NCBI RefSeq assembly: GCF_006345805.1
Contig: NC_042998.1
Location: 38,378,001 to 38,442,000 of the forward strand
Length of the DNA stretch: 64,000 bases
DNA from: Octopus sinensis
Taxonomy: Eukaryota
Reading direction: 5' to 3'
Shown here: positions 24,420-38,903 of the stretch, one piece after another
Layout: every line of letters starts with the position of its first letter
Numbering within the stretch: position 1 is the first letter of the stretch
Translations under genes and position numbers: made by a program
Notes under the pieces: model-generated
What the model saw: the letters and a program-made list of their open reading frames with translations, nothing else
The model's database searches: none
What the model was told of the DNA's origin: nothing

Positions 24420-25385
24420 TATTTCTGCAACTTTGCATTGGTCTCTGAGCAGGTATCGCCACGACAACTTTCTCTTTACAAGAACCTCAGCACTTAAAAT
24501 ACTCACTCAATAAGTATCCAGACAGTTGCCATAGTAACGAAGCTGAAGCGCGCAGAGTGAAGTTGACTGGCAGAGATTGACCTTGAACTCTGCCATGCAT
24601 GCACACTAAGTTTTAACATTCCAGCTCACTTCTGCTGTTTACAGCAGTACTTGGAAGGAAAACGTGTAGTGTGTTATAGTCACATTGACCATGACAGAGG
24701 AAGTTGAGCAGAGAAGCTGAATCAAATTTTGCCAAAAGCTTGGCGATACCTGCTCAGGGGCATACACAAAGTTTTCAAAAATTTTTTATCATTCTGAACA
24801 CAATCAAGGAGATCTTGTGCAACTGAAACCCCTGTGTCTTTTTGGTCAGCTGAAAGCATGTTTTGGCACATATTTGGCAGACAAGCATCTCATACCCAAA
24901 TCTTCATTGATAATGGACTGAACTGGGCTGTAACTAATCTGCACATCCTCTGATAACTCACGGTTGGTGATTCGATGATTTCCCCTCACAGCTGCACACA
25001 CATCTGTGAAGTTTTCGTCAGTTCTGCTGATTGCGCCCTGCCATAACGTTTGTCAATATCAACATTTTTTCGGCCATCTTAAAAACATATGACCCACTCA
25101 TACACTTGTGTGCAGCTCATACACTCCTTTCTATACACTTTCTGCAACTTTGCATTGGTCTCTGAGCAGGTATCGCCACAACAACTTTCTCTGTCATGGT
25201 CAATGCAACAATTGCATGCTACACACGTTCCTTCCAAGCACTGCTGTAAACAGCAGAAATGAGCTAGAATGTTAAAACTTAGTGCACATGCACAGCAGAG
25301 TGCAAGGTCAATCCTTGCCAAGTGGCCTCACTCTGCGTGCTTTAGCTTTGTTACTATGGCAACAGTCCAGATACTTATTGATCAG
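24420..25385 (-). mobile_element. Rearranged mariner/Tc1 relic (N-terminal HTH region of the transposase)
   Basis: Minus 25190-24770 reads GDTCSETNAKLQKVY..QVYEW..FKDGRK..ENFTDV..RITNRELS..IINEDLGMRCLSAKYVP. 24505-24720 is an inverted copy of 25185-25385, and 24421-24475 is a direct copy of 25140-25192. Confidence 0.75.
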
Positions 25386-27380
25386 ACATCACATGTACAT
25401 ACACAGACACACACTCGTGTAATGGGTTCTGAAATTATCTTTGCATTGCATGCTAATTGCAAATAAATATTGTTGTCAAATTAGTGATATTGTTTGTCTG
25501 CAACATTCCTTGGAAACATATTTGGTAATTGTGATGTTCATGTTGAGAGAACGAGAAGAAATATTACTTTGCTTGAAACTAGGTTAGGGTCTGGTGGCAG
25601 GAAAAGTGTCAGGTCATAGGAAGTGTGCCTCAAAGAAATTCATCTGACCAATGCAGACCAAGAAAACGGACATTAAAATGATGATGTACGCGTGTGTATG
25701 TATGTGTGTGTACATACATATGTATGTGTGTATGTATATATATATATATAAATGACTAGCACCCAGCAGATGCCAGGGCCCTGGGACTGGAGGTACGTAA
25801 AAAGCACTATCCGAACTGTGGCCGATGCCAGCGCCGCCTCGACTGGCTTCCGTGTCGGTGGCATGTAAAAAGCACCATCCTAATCGTAGCCGAAGCCAGT
25901 GCCACCTCGACTGGCTTCCATAAAATGCACCATCTGAATTGTGGCCGATGCCAGCGCCGCCTCGACTGGCTTCCGTGTCAGTGGCACGTAAAAAGCACCA
26001 TCCGAATCATAGCCGAAGCCAGTGCCGCCTCGACTGGCTTCCATAAAATGCACCAATCCGACCGTGGCCGATGCCAGCCTCTTCTGGCACCAGTGCAGGT
26101 GGCATGTAAAAAGCACCCATTACACTCACGGAGTGGTTGGCGTTAGGAAGGGCATCCAGCTGTAGAAACGTTGCCAGATAAGACCGGAGCCTGGTGCAGC
26201 CTTCTGGCTTCCCAGATCCCCGGTCGAACCGTCCAACCCATGCTAGCATGGAGAACAGACGTTAAATGATGATGATGATGATGATGAAATATATATGAAA
26301 AAAAAAGTCAAGGTAGAAAATGCTAAAATAATTTTATAAAAAACATTTCAGTACCGGTTTCAGTCATTGAGACTTTTTCAACTGTAAGTCTGGAAAACAA
26401 TTAAATTTTGGAAAAATTAAAAGAAAATTTTTTTAAAGAGTATTTGCATAGTATTCAAATACAAGGGGCATTTTCCTTGTTTCTGCCTGTCTCTGTCTCT
26501 CTTGTTTACTCTTGTGGGTTCAAGGTCTTTGGGGGGACAAACATAAAGACACACACACACACATTGAGTATGTAAGTTAAAAAGTATGGTGAATCTTTAT
26601 ATTGTGGAGAGGATATACACAAGGTAAAGGAACTGGTCTGCCTGTTCCAGTGGTGATGTTGGAGACTGGAAGGTTTGAGTTTGGAGCAATTTGTGCAAGT
26701 GTTTTTTTGGGGTTTTTTTTTGTTTTTTATTTGTTGATTGCCAGAACAAAAAGGTCATTTATGAATTCTTGACAGATTCCTGCAATTCTTCTGGTGAAAG
26801 AGCTGACAAGGCATTGCCATTGGAATGGTGCAGTGCAGTGACACGGGAGCCGTTGGTCAGTCATTATGATCAAAGTCTGGACTGATTGTAGAATGCACCA
26901 TTGAAATAGTTCTTGATTTCTATACTAGGATTGTTAAGAGAATTTCATGGAGCAAGGGTGCAAGGTTCAGGGAGGGCAAGGTTGGAACAAGTACACATCC
27001 CTGCTTTAAGCCATACGTGATGAAAAAATCTTCTAACATGTTTTATGTGCTGGTGCCACATAAAAAGCACCGAGTACACGCTGTAAAGTGGTTGGTGTTA
27101 GGAAAGGGGTCCAGCTGTAGAAATCATGCCACATCAGACAATGGAACTTTGTATGGCACCTGGCCTTGGCAGCCCCTGTCAAACCATACCAGCATGGAAG
27201 ACAGACATTAAATGGTGGTGGTGGCGGCGGTGTATATATATATATATATATATTTATTAGAAGGTTTGGAGATGATGTACAGGTATTATATATTAGAAGA
27301 AATGAGGTACTCAGAAATTTGGATGGTTTTATATTTACAGATATTTATTTGTATATTACATGTTTTTATACATCATATAT

Positions 27381-27426
<46 letters not shown>

Positions 27427-28034
27427 GGATTATAATTCAAGTTGTGTCTTCTTGGAGCACTTCTGCAAATTCTGGCTTCCAGTTGTTTGTATGCAGATAT
27501 TTTATGTTTAAGGAGAAAACCCATGAAAACAAATTGAAATTCCTTGTCAAGTATATTACTCACAGAGTATGTATATACATCAAAACAAAGACTGGAATTT
27601 ATGATTTTATGTTTAATTCTGTAGTTGCAACATGGGAAATAGATTCAATGACCATAAACATTAATTAATAATATGAATTCATAATGCAATAATATATGTG
27701 CATACATTATTGTTTAGTCTCAAAGAGATAACACCTTGTATATAATTTACAAAATTCATCAGGACTAGAAAGAGAGGCATGTAGGAGAGAGATGTTATAA
27801 AAAGAGATAGATATAGGCATATGTTAGTGAGAGGTGAGGAGCAAATGTAAAGATTTAAACTTTTTATCATACATATTCATATATCTTTCTGATTATACAA
27901 ACATTTTTCCCAATGTATATTCATAAGCTTATGATGCAAAGTATATGACATTATTTCAAACTTTATTTAAACTTTATTTTAAAAAAAAGTTTTAAAAATT
28001 ATTATATTTATATATATACATTACTTACATTTAA

Positions 28035-28400
28035 CGGATATTTGTCCTCATCGTTTTTGTTGTTAACACGTTTCAGCTGATATACCCTCCATCCTTCCTC
28101 AGGTGTCTTGGGGAAATTTCAAACCTGGGTTCTCATTCCTAAGGTATTTTTCGATGTTATTATTATTATTCAGGTCACTGCTTGGAATCAAACTCGGAAT
28201 CTTGGGGTTAGTAGCCAGTGCTCTTAACCACTATGCCATATGCCCATCAAATGTAAATAATGTATATAATTCCTCATCTCTTAAATGTAGAACAGTATTT
28301 TATATATATATATATATTTATTTATATAAACTGTCTTTGAAGATTCATGTTGTCGTTGAATGCTCGAAATGAGGAGTAGACAGCTGACAACTGATGAAGG
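28035..28400 (-). mobile_element. PLE pseudo-LTR-like repeat with a degenerate hammerhead motif (about 28063-28107)
   Basis: Minus strand reads ACAC-CTGAGGA-AGGATG(N10)CAGCT-GAAA-CGTGTT. Stem II is imperfect and the region after GAAA looks shortened. Confidence 0.5.
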
Positions 28401-28552
28401 GTCCTTTCTCTGTGTTTACTTGTCTTATTTTCTTTTTTTTCTCGTTGTTTACATATTTAACTTGTTTGTTTACATATTTCATGTTATTTGCACTATTGGT
28501 GATGTCCTGTACCTATATATGCATGTGTATGTATGTATATATTATATATATA

Positions 28553-29065
28553 TCTATATATATAAAACTGTAGTTGTGTGAGTGTCTGTCCCCTTCGATT
28601 TAGATTCCTAACTACTCCCACATTTTGCGGTGCAGTTTAACCAAATTCGGGTATCTTATAGTCGTGATTCATATCGAGCCCGTCTGGCTATTAGCGCGCG
28701 TCTACGATGAGTCTACGATTTTAAAAATAATTTAACATCATTTTTTATTCCATTTTAATGCATAATTTTTCGTGTGTCGATGGCGGCGGAGTTGGCGTCC
28801 ACGGTCACACCTGCACCTGTTTGCTTCTCCCCCTCCTTCCCTCCCTCTTGAAGCTGTGGGGAAGGGAGTGTAAGGAAATCAACGTCGTAATGCGTTGTCA
28901 AAGAGACCAGCGTTCTTTTAGAACAACGACTTCATGGCTTGAAGGCACCAAAACAGAAATGGCTAAGAAAGCCCGAATTGGCATCTATAAGGGAAGTAAC
29001 TCTCTAAAAATGCTTATATAGTTATTTCCCTTACAAACCCGAGCAACGCCGGGCGATACTGCTAG
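28553..29065 (+). mobile_element. Non-autonomous Helitron (about 513 bp) within a TA tract
   Basis: 5' A|TC-TATATATATAAAA and 3' hairpin CCCGAGCAACGCCGGG (29038-29053) lying 8 nt before CTAG|T. No TSD. Confidence 0.8.
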
Positions 29066-29128
29066 TATATATATATTATTTATTATATATATATATATAT
29101 ATAATAAATAATATATATATATTATTTA

Positions 29129-29182
<54 letters not shown>

Positions 29183-30665
29183 ATGTATGTACACTTAGAC
29201 TATGCTCATGTGCACACATCCACACAAATATATTACTGTAAAAATATATAGAAATATAACTAGAAATCTATATAACCATCATCATCATTGAATGTCCTTT
29301 TGCTGTGCTGGTATGAGTTGAAGGGTCTGATGGGAACTGGCAAGCAAGAGAGCTGCTCCAGGTTCCTGTTTGGTTTCACTGGGTTCCCAAGGCTGGGTGC
29401 TTTTCTTAATGCCAACCATTTTACAGAGTGCATTGGGTGTCTTCACATGGCATCAGTATATGGATGCCTTGTGTATGGCAATGGCACGGCTGCATTTTAT
29501 GTGGCCCAGGATGTGCGCCTATCGTATCGCCCAAAACAGGGGCTCCATGCACCAGCACAGGTACCGTTTATGTGGCAGCCCACCTAGTTGGTGGGGTGGC
29601 ATTATTCAAAAGCTAAAACAGTGTGAGAAGCACATTGTGATCAGTGATGTACAGCATCACTGGTGACAATGGTTGATACAGTGATATATGTATGTATAAT
29701 TTAAACAAATATGAGCCAAGAGAAACGATTGAAAGTGGTCAGTTGCAAGTATTTGAATAACAGAGACAAATACAAGTTTGTCAAATAACATGGAACATAA
29801 ATTTTGATTTCAGTTTTTTTTTTTTTGTACTTGGTTTGCAAGATTCTTGATATGAATTTGTGTATTGAAACAAATCGTGTTGAGAGGGTCATTATGCCAA
29901 TAATAATAACACACACATTGGTTCAATTTCACTTCTCTATTGTTAGTCAGTTGGTTAAATTGGTTGTTGACTAACAATGGAGAGGTGATAGGGAACCAGT
30001 GCATGTGTTATTATTGGCGTAATTACCCTCCCAAGGCACAACAAAATAATTCTAGATTTATTAATATCATTTTGCTGTTAGAGGATGTATCCCAATTACC
30101 AAATAACAACATACTTGTATTTACTTGTTACATACATGACACTAGCCACTGAGTTATTTCTTTTAGAATCATTTTCATTTAAATTATGTCAATTACTTTG
30201 GCCTTAAACTTTTCTACTCTTTTTTTTATAAGTTTAACTTCTTTTGCGACAGGAGATAAGGTTCACTGATTGTTGTGCTAATGAGGGCTATGGGGCCAGA
30301 AACATGTTCATAATTGTCTTTTTATCTCTGGACACTAAGCCTGTCCTTTTCCTTAATGACATGTCACCTTTGGAAAAATTCTTGAGTCTTGAGATTATTT
30401 TGCCTTCTCAAGTGGAGCTGGCCTTAATTACCACACGGGAGACTGAACCTAAAACCATATGGCTGGAAGGCTAACTTCTTACCACATAGCCACACCTTCA
30501 TACACACATTCTATATATATCATCATCATCATCATCATCATCGTTTAGCATTTGCTTTCCATGCTGGCATGGGTTGGACAGTGCAACTGGGGTCTGGGAA
30601 GCCAGAAGGCTGCACCAGGCCCAGTCTGATCTGGCAATGTTTCTATGGCTGGATGCCCTTCCTAA

Positions 30666-30721
<56 letters not shown>

Positions 30722-31197
30722 ACACACACACACATATACACACACAGAGGCATATTTTTTCTGCCTGCCAACTAAGGTTAGTAAATAGCAGTGGATTGAA
30801 ATACTATTTTCTCCCAAAGATTTAGCATTTCAAAGTAATTATGTAAGCTTCTATGTAAAGATTACTACACAGCATTCAAGTAGTGAAACTAGGGTGAAGA
30901 TTAAGTAATCTATTGTATTATAAAAAGAGTTTAACTAAATCTGTTTTTCACTAGTCTCACACACAGACGTGTGTGTGTATTTCATTATAAAATTCCTGAG
31001 ATGTAAAGTATAGTGGACTCAAGCAATGTGAAACATCACTCATTCTGGTGAATAGCCATCAGTTCGAAATTGTTAGTTACAAATGTAATTAATAATCTTA
31101 CCAATATATTCATAATTGTCTTGCCTTCCTTTTTTTCTTCCTACTTCATCCCTCTCATAAACACATATAATACATATATACAGATGGCTAAACAGTG

Positions 31198-31252
31198 CGA
31201 ATAATATACATACATATATATATATACATATATATATACCTACATACATATA

Positions 31253-31284
<32 letters not shown>

Positions 31285-31475
31285 CATATATATAGATACA
31301 TACATATATATACATACATACATATATATACATACATACATATATATATATACATACATATATATACATACTTACATATATATACATACATACATATATA
31401 TACATATATATATATACATACATACATATATATACATACATACATACATATACATACATACATACATATACATAC

Positions 31476-31513
<38 letters not shown>

Positions 31514-31527
31514 GATGATGATGATGA
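31198..31527. repeat. Compound (TA)n/(TACA)n/(TGA)n microsatellite
   Basis: Directly visible. It explains the low-complexity Y/I/H/M/V/C ORFs in the track. Confidence 0.95.
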
Positions 31528-33439
31528 GCAGATTAGTGTTATTTGTGTTTGCTGGAGTTAATTAAGAAAATGTGTGTGGGTGTGCAATGTGAGAAGGAAT
31601 ATTGAACGTTGTAGTCTTTACCATTCCATGGTGGAATAATTTCTGTCTGAAACATTAGATTTCTCCCTCACTTCATGGCAGATGTAACAAATCCTACTTT
31701 GTATATGTTATTTCTAGCTTTCGAAGGCTGAATTTATTTATAGTCTATCCATGATTTATTTGAGTTGCTTTCATATTTCTTTTCTCCCACACACACACAC
31801 ATTCATCTTTCATATTTTCCTGTGAAGCTCTAGTTTCCACAAAGTTAATAGATTGTTTGGTTTATCTTTTTACAGCATCCTTCTTTTATCTCTTTCTTCC
31901 TTGCTTTTGTTCATTGAACCACTTTTTATTGTCTTCTGTTCTTTGGCAATCTTATTCTTGTTATAAGGAATTCCCTGTTTCTGCATGAAAGATAACTTAA
32001 ATAAAGCATGAAATGTATTTCTTTTCATAAATTTGTCAAAGAATGATGAAGACTCTTCTCTCACCACTGCCTGGTCCTTCAAGACTTATGAAGTTTATGA
32101 AGTTCATGGAATCTTTAGCTTGAGATCCTGTAGGTCAATGTTTGCAAGAAATGTGTGAACAAGGCAAATGTTCTTCAAGACACATACAGTAGGAAAGTTG
32201 AAATAGAAAGAGTTAAGGTGGGCATGTCAAATGGATTTTGGCATAGGTGTAGGGGACACAGTTTGGTTTCCATAAGGAGCGGAGATGATTGTGTTTGAGT
32301 TTGATGAGATAATGGATACATTAGCTCAATATTCCATAGAACTAGTTGATAGTTTTTTGTTACCTAGGTGATCTAATCATCTGTGGAGGAGGGTGCTGAA
32401 AAGTGTAATCACAAGGATAAGAACAGGGTAAAAAAAATCTTTGAGTTGTTACCTCTGTTGGCAATAAAAGAGATTGTCATTGTGATGAAGGTTAAGTTGT
32501 ATAATGCATAAAGTGAGCTTGTTCCCTCATCGTCATCATCATTTAACATCTGCTTTCCATGCTGGCACGGGTTGGACGTTTTGACTGAAAACTGATAAGC
32601 CGGTGAGGAAGAGGCTGCACCAGGTTCCTACAGCTAGATGCCTTTCCTAGCGCCAAAAGAGTGGTGGGTGCCTTTTATGTGCCACTAGCACGGGTGCCAA
32701 TGGCCTGGCAATGGCATCAACCACAACTATGGTCCCACTTGTCTTGACAGTTCTACACAAGCATGGTGTATCACCAACGGTCTTGGTTAATTGTCACTGC
32801 CTCCATGAGGCCTGATGCTCAAACGGTGCTTTTTACGTGCCACTGGCACAGATGCCACTCAGATGGAGCTGGCATCGGTCATGACAATAATATCACTTGG
32901 TTCAACACGTCTTCACAAGCACAGCACATCGCCCAATGATTGAAGAGCACTTTCAACGGGCCAGTTACATGACACTGGCTACGACCTGACTTGGCTTGAC
33001 AGGTCTTCCCAAGCATGGCCTATTTACAAAGGTCTAATATCATGCTACACCACCTTGTCCTGTGTCTACCTCTTCCACAGGTTCCCTTCACCATTAGAGT
33101 GTGATGCTTCTTCACACAGCTGTCCTCATCCATATGCATCACATGACCATACCAGCGCATTCATCTCTCTTGCACACCACATCTGATATTTCTTATATGG
33201 TGTTCCACTGGGTATATAATGTTAGAGAGCTTGAATTATGAGGGACGGTTGAGCTGAAAGAAAAACTTGTTTTGGTGTGCTAGGGGGAATATTGGAATGG
33301 TATGAATGTGACATGTTTTTGGAAGAGGATAGCTGAGTCAGGAAGTGTCAGGAGATCCAAGATGAGGGCTTGTTATTATTATTTATGGTGCCAAGCTGGA
33401 AGAACTGTTAACCCTGGGGGTAACATAAGGGCAGACAAA

Positions 33440-33910
33440 ATACTGCTAAGCATTTTGTCTACCTTTATGTTCCCCCCAGGGTTAACTTACCTTTTCATTC
33501 TTTGGGTGTGATAAAATGAGTACCAGTTACACACCGGGGTTGATGTAATTGACTTACCCTTTCCCTAAAATTTCAGGCTTTGTGTCTTTACTAAAAAAGG
33601 ATTATTATTATTAAGATGGTGAGCTGACAGAATTGTTAGCATGTTGGGCAAAAGGCTTAGTGGCATTTCATCCATCTTTACGTTCTGAGTTCAAATTCCA
33701 CCAAGGTCAACTTTGCCTTTCATCCTTTCAGGGTCGATGAATTAAGTACCAGTTATGCACTGGGGCTGATGTAATCGACTTAATCCCTTCCCCCAAATTT
33801 CAGGCCTTCTGCCTTCCAATGGAAAGGATTATTTATTATTATTATTATTATTGTTATTATTATTATTATTAATTTGATATTTTGTTAGCCCTTGTGGGCA
33901 ATAAACAAGA

Positions 33911-33944
<34 letters not shown>

Positions 33945-35020
33945 ATTAAGGCAGAGAGCTGGCAGAATCATCAGCATGCTGGATGAAATGCTTAGTGGTA
34001 TTTCACCCGTCTTTACGTTCTGAGTTCAAATTCCACTGAGATCGACTTTACCTCTCATCATTTCGGGGTCGATAAATTAAGTACCAGTGAAACACTGGGG
34101 TTGATATAATCGACTCATCCCCACCTCACTAATTTGAAACTTTGTGCCTCCAGCAGAAAGAATTATTTTTATTATTATTATCATTATTATTATTAAGAAG
34201 TGGGTAAGCTGGCAGAATCATTAGCACAGTAGTCAATATATATTTTGTGGCATTTCATCTTTATGTTCTGAGTTCAAATGCTGCTGAGGTCGACTTTGCC
34301 TTTCATCTTTCTGGGTTCAATAGATGAAGAATCAGTGCTGAGGTCAATGTAATCGACTCCCCTCCCCTCTCCCAAACTTACCAATCTTGTGCCAAAATGT
34401 GAAACCATCATTATTTTTATTTAGGCAGCAAGCCGACAGAATCCTTCACACATGAAAGAAAATGGCTAGCAGCATTTCTTCCTACTCTTCTGAGTTCAAA
34501 TCCTGCTGAGGTCGACTTTGCCTTTCATCCTTTAGGGGTTGATAAAAGAAAGTATCATCTAAGAACTTAAAGCAATGTAACTGACTTTCCTCTCTCAAAA
34601 AATTGCTGGCCTTGTGCTAAAATTTGAGACATCATTATTCGCCAAAGTCGACTTTGCCTTTCATCCTTCTGTGGTCGATTAAAAAGTACCAGTTATGCAC
34701 TGGGGGTCAATGTAATTGACTTAATCTCCTCCTCCAAATTTTAGGTCCTGTGCTTCCAGTAGAAAGAATTTTTTTTTCTTATCCATTTCATTATTATATG
34801 AAAACCCCCTCACTGTCTGTGTCTGTATTGTCCCCCTCATCCTTTGCCCTTGTGGAAAATAAATGAAATTATTAAATTCCGCTGAGGTTGACCTTGCCTT
34901 TCATCATTTCGGAGTCAATAAATTAAGTACCAGTTATGCACTGGGGTCGATGTTATTAACTCATCCCTTCCCTAAAAATTTCAGGCCCTGTGCCTATAGT
35001 AGAAAGGATTATCATTATTA
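33440..35020 (+). mobile_element. Cluster of about 7 co-oriented, diverged Nin-like SINE copies separated by (TTA)n
   Basis: TTGCCTTTCATCCTTT..GGGTCGAT..AGTACCAG recurs near 33715, 34050, 34295, 34518, 34655 and 34893, plus a partial copy near 33510. Confidence 0.8.
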
Positions 35021-38000
35021 TTATTATTATTATAAAACCTTCACTCATTGGACACTAAACTCTGCTTGCGAAGACCTGTTGGGGCAAGTGAAATCGAAAT
35101 TGAACCAAATTCAATGACTGGCACCCGTGCCAGTTGAGCGCTAACAGCTCCATCCAAGTGGGATCACTGCCAGAGCAGCTGTCTGGCTTCCAAGCAGGTG
35201 GCACGTAAAAAGCACCATTTGAGCATGATCGTTACCAGCGTTGTCTTACTGGCACTTGTGCCGGTAGCACATAAACAAAACATTCGAGCGAGGTTGCCAA
35301 TGCCGCTGGACTGACTCCTGTGCAGGTGGCACGTGAAAAACACCATTTGAGCATAGCCATTGCCAATACTGCCAGACTGGCCCTCATGCTGGTGGCACAT
35401 AAAAGCACCCACTACACTCTCGGAGTGGTTGGCATTAGGAAGGGCATCCAGCTGTAGAAACTCTGCCAGATCAAGATTGGAGCCTGGTACAGCCATCTGG
35501 TTTGCCAGTCCTCAGTCAAATCGTCCAACCCATGCTAGCATGGAAAGCGGACATTAAATGATGATGATAAAATAATGATAATGTGGACAACAAAGCCAAA
35601 GAAATGTTTTTGCTTGCTTGATATCTTTATCATTATTGTTAGAATATTGTGAAATACTTAACAGGTCATCCTTGACACCTTTCTAGATTCCACGCCCAAG
35701 CTTTCAATACTCACCTTAATGAAAACCAATTAAAATATATCAAAGAAATTTGTAAAATCTTAGCTTTGTCTTGGTTTTATTAATTGAATTCCCACTTCTG
35801 TAAATGCTATTCATCTTAACTTTTAATATTCCTCTGTTCTCCAAAGTTCAGCTATAAAATCATTCTCTATCAGTCTTTTTCGTCTCTTTTATGTGTCTGC
35901 TGATATGTAATTCTTATCTTCAAATTCTTCCTAAGTTTCGAGCATTAGTTCTGTAATCCACTGAATATCCAGCTTCAGAAAAGGAATCCTCGACAACTAC
36001 AATAGGATTTTAAATATTCTGATCATCTGGTAATCATTTGTTTGCAATAAAGGAATTGTAATCAACAGCTGTAGTTATTGTTGTTGTTTGTTATATTGGC
36101 AGAATGCCACAAATTCCATGGGAGGGACAAAGTGAATTGAATCAACTTCCAATAAACAACAGATTGTTGAATTTGCTTTAGTATACAATATACTTGAAAA
36201 TTATTTCAAAGCAAAGCTTGTATGGATGTGTGTGCATGTGTCTTTATGCAAATTCACTAATGCTGTTACCATTTATTGTCTTATACAGTTATTGTGTTAT
36301 TATCAAAACTTCATACCAGTTAAGGAATATTTTTTGTCTGCAGACCAATCACTATGAATGGAGAACATGTGACATGTAATTCCATATAACAGAGTGACTG
36401 TGAGATTGAAGAAGTAATGAAATTCAACCCCTCCAGGTACCATAACCACATGTTCAATATGATGGTTGAAACCCCAAATTCTTTTTAAGACAAGTCCAAG
36501 CAAAAGTTGTTACATGGCTCTTGTCGTATTTCTATTTTTTTACTTGTTTCAGCCATTAGACTACGCCCATGCTGGAGCAGTGCTTTGAAGAAACTTTAAT
36601 TGAATGAATCAACCCGTCCTTTTTTTTTTAAAGCCTGGTATTTATTCTATCAGTCTCTTTTGCCAAACCACTAAGTTACAGGGATATATACACACCAACA
36701 ACACTTGACAAGTGAGGGACAAACACAAATATATATATATATATATATTCAGTTTCAGTTCTGCCAAATTCACTCGCAAGGTTTTGGTTGGCCTGATACT
36801 GTATGTGCCACAGGATAGAACTGAACTGAGAACCATGGGGTTCGGAAGCAAACTCCTTACCATACAGTCATGCCTGTGCCTATGTATTAGAAAGCACTCA
36901 GCCCACTGTGGAGTGGTTGGTGTTAGGAAGGGCATCTAGCCATAAAATCCATGCAAAAAACACACTCAGAAGCATGGCCAGCTCCTGTCAAACTGTCTAA
37001 TCCATACCAGCATGGAAGTAGGATGTTAAACAATAATGATGATGATATCATCATCATGATATATGATGATCTTCAGGCCGACCAAAGCCTTGAGTGGATT
37101 GGGTAGAGGGAAACTGAAAGAAGCCCGTCGTGTATATATGTGTGTGTGTATGTATGTATGTGTGTGTGTATGTATGTATGTGTGTGTGTGTGTGTGTGTG
37201 AGTGTCTGCATTTGTCCCCACTCCCCATAATTTAGCAATTTGGCAAAAGAGACCAATAGAATAAGTACTAGGCTTACAAAGAATAAGTCCTGGGGTTGAA
37301 TTGTTTAACTAAAGGCGGTGCTCTAGTACCATCTTTGACTGAAACAAATGAAAGAGTAAAAGAAAGAATAAAAGAATATATATATATATATACATATATG
37401 TGTGTGTGTGTGTGTCATCATCATCATCATTTAACATCCATTGTCCATGCTGACATGGGTTGGACGGCTTGACCAGTGCTGATAAGCTGGATGGCTGCAC
37501 CAGACTCCAATCAGATTTGACATGGTTTTCTACAGCTGGATGTCCTTCCTGATGCCAATCACTCTGAGAGTGTAATGGCCGCTTTTATGTGCCACTGGTA
37601 TGGGTACCATTTGTGTGATACTGTGATTTTACTTGGCTTGATGGGTCTTCTTCTCAAGCATATAATGCCAAAGGTCTTGGTCATTGCCTCCGCAAGGCCC
37701 AACATGCAAAAAGAACTCAGCCACTTTGCCTCCATGAGGCCCAGTGCTCAAAAGGGACTTGGCCACTTTGCCTCTGTGAGGTCCAATGCTCCAACAGTGC
37801 TCTTTACGAGCCACCTGCATGGATGCCAGTTACATGACACTATCCTTCAGCCAGGACGATTTCACCTGGCTTGATGGCTCTTCTTCTCAAGCTCATGTTG
37901 CCAAAGGTCTCGGTCACTAGTCTTTGCCACTGTGAGGCTCTAAATTTGAAGATCATCCTCCACCACTTTGTCCCATGTCTTCCTGGGTTTACCTTTTTCA

Positions 38001-38196
38001 CAGGTTCTGTCCACAGTTACAGATTGGCACTCTTTTACGCAGCTGTCCTCATCCATATACATCACATGGCCATACCAGTGCAGTCATCTCTCTTGCACAC
38101 ATCTGATGCCTCTTATGCCTAACATTTCTCTCAAGATGTTGAACATTACTGACATTGCATCTATATATATTACATACATTTGCATGCATATCATGA

Positions 38197-38251
<55 letters not shown>

Positions 38252-38903
38252 CATCATCATCGTTTAACATCTGCCTTCCATGCTAGCATGGGTTGGCTGA
38301 TTTGACTGAGGTCTGACGAACCAGATGGCTGCACCAGACTCCAATCTGATCTGGCAGAGTTTCTACAGCTGGTTGCCCTTCCTAATGCCAAACACTCTGA
38401 GAGTGTAGTGGGTGCTTTTACGTGCCAGTGACACGAGGGCCAGTCAGGCAGTACTGGCAACGACCACGCTCAAATGGTGCTTTTTATGTGCCACCTGCAC
38501 AGGAGCCAGTCCAGCTGCACTGGCAACGACTTATGCATGTGTCTGTATGTATGTGGGCATATTCATGTATGTGACACTCATTTGTGACTTTTTGTTCTAG
38601 TGTCACAAGATAATTATGAGTGTCACTGTTATACAAATGTGTCATTTCCAGCCTTCCACAAAAACATGTCTGGCCATGAGGAAGATATTACCTTGCTTCA
38701 AAACAAATGAGGGTTGGCAACAGGAAGGGCATCCAACTGTAAAAAAATCTCTTCAATGAATTTCATCTAACTCTTGCAAGCATGAAAAAGTTAAAGTGAT
38801 GATGATGATGTGTGTGTGTGTGTGTGTCTGCACATGCATGCACACATGCATATGGTGCATTTTTATGTATATATATTTTGTTTTTTTCTTTTCTTTCTTG
38901 AAG

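Noticed and set aside
28366-28410. GAAA..CTGATGA order suggesting a type-II hammerhead
   Set aside because: I could not build convincing stems I-III.
31073-31515. ORFs of 97-138 aa made of Y/I/H/M/V/C
   Set aside because: They are translations of TA/TACA microsatellite.
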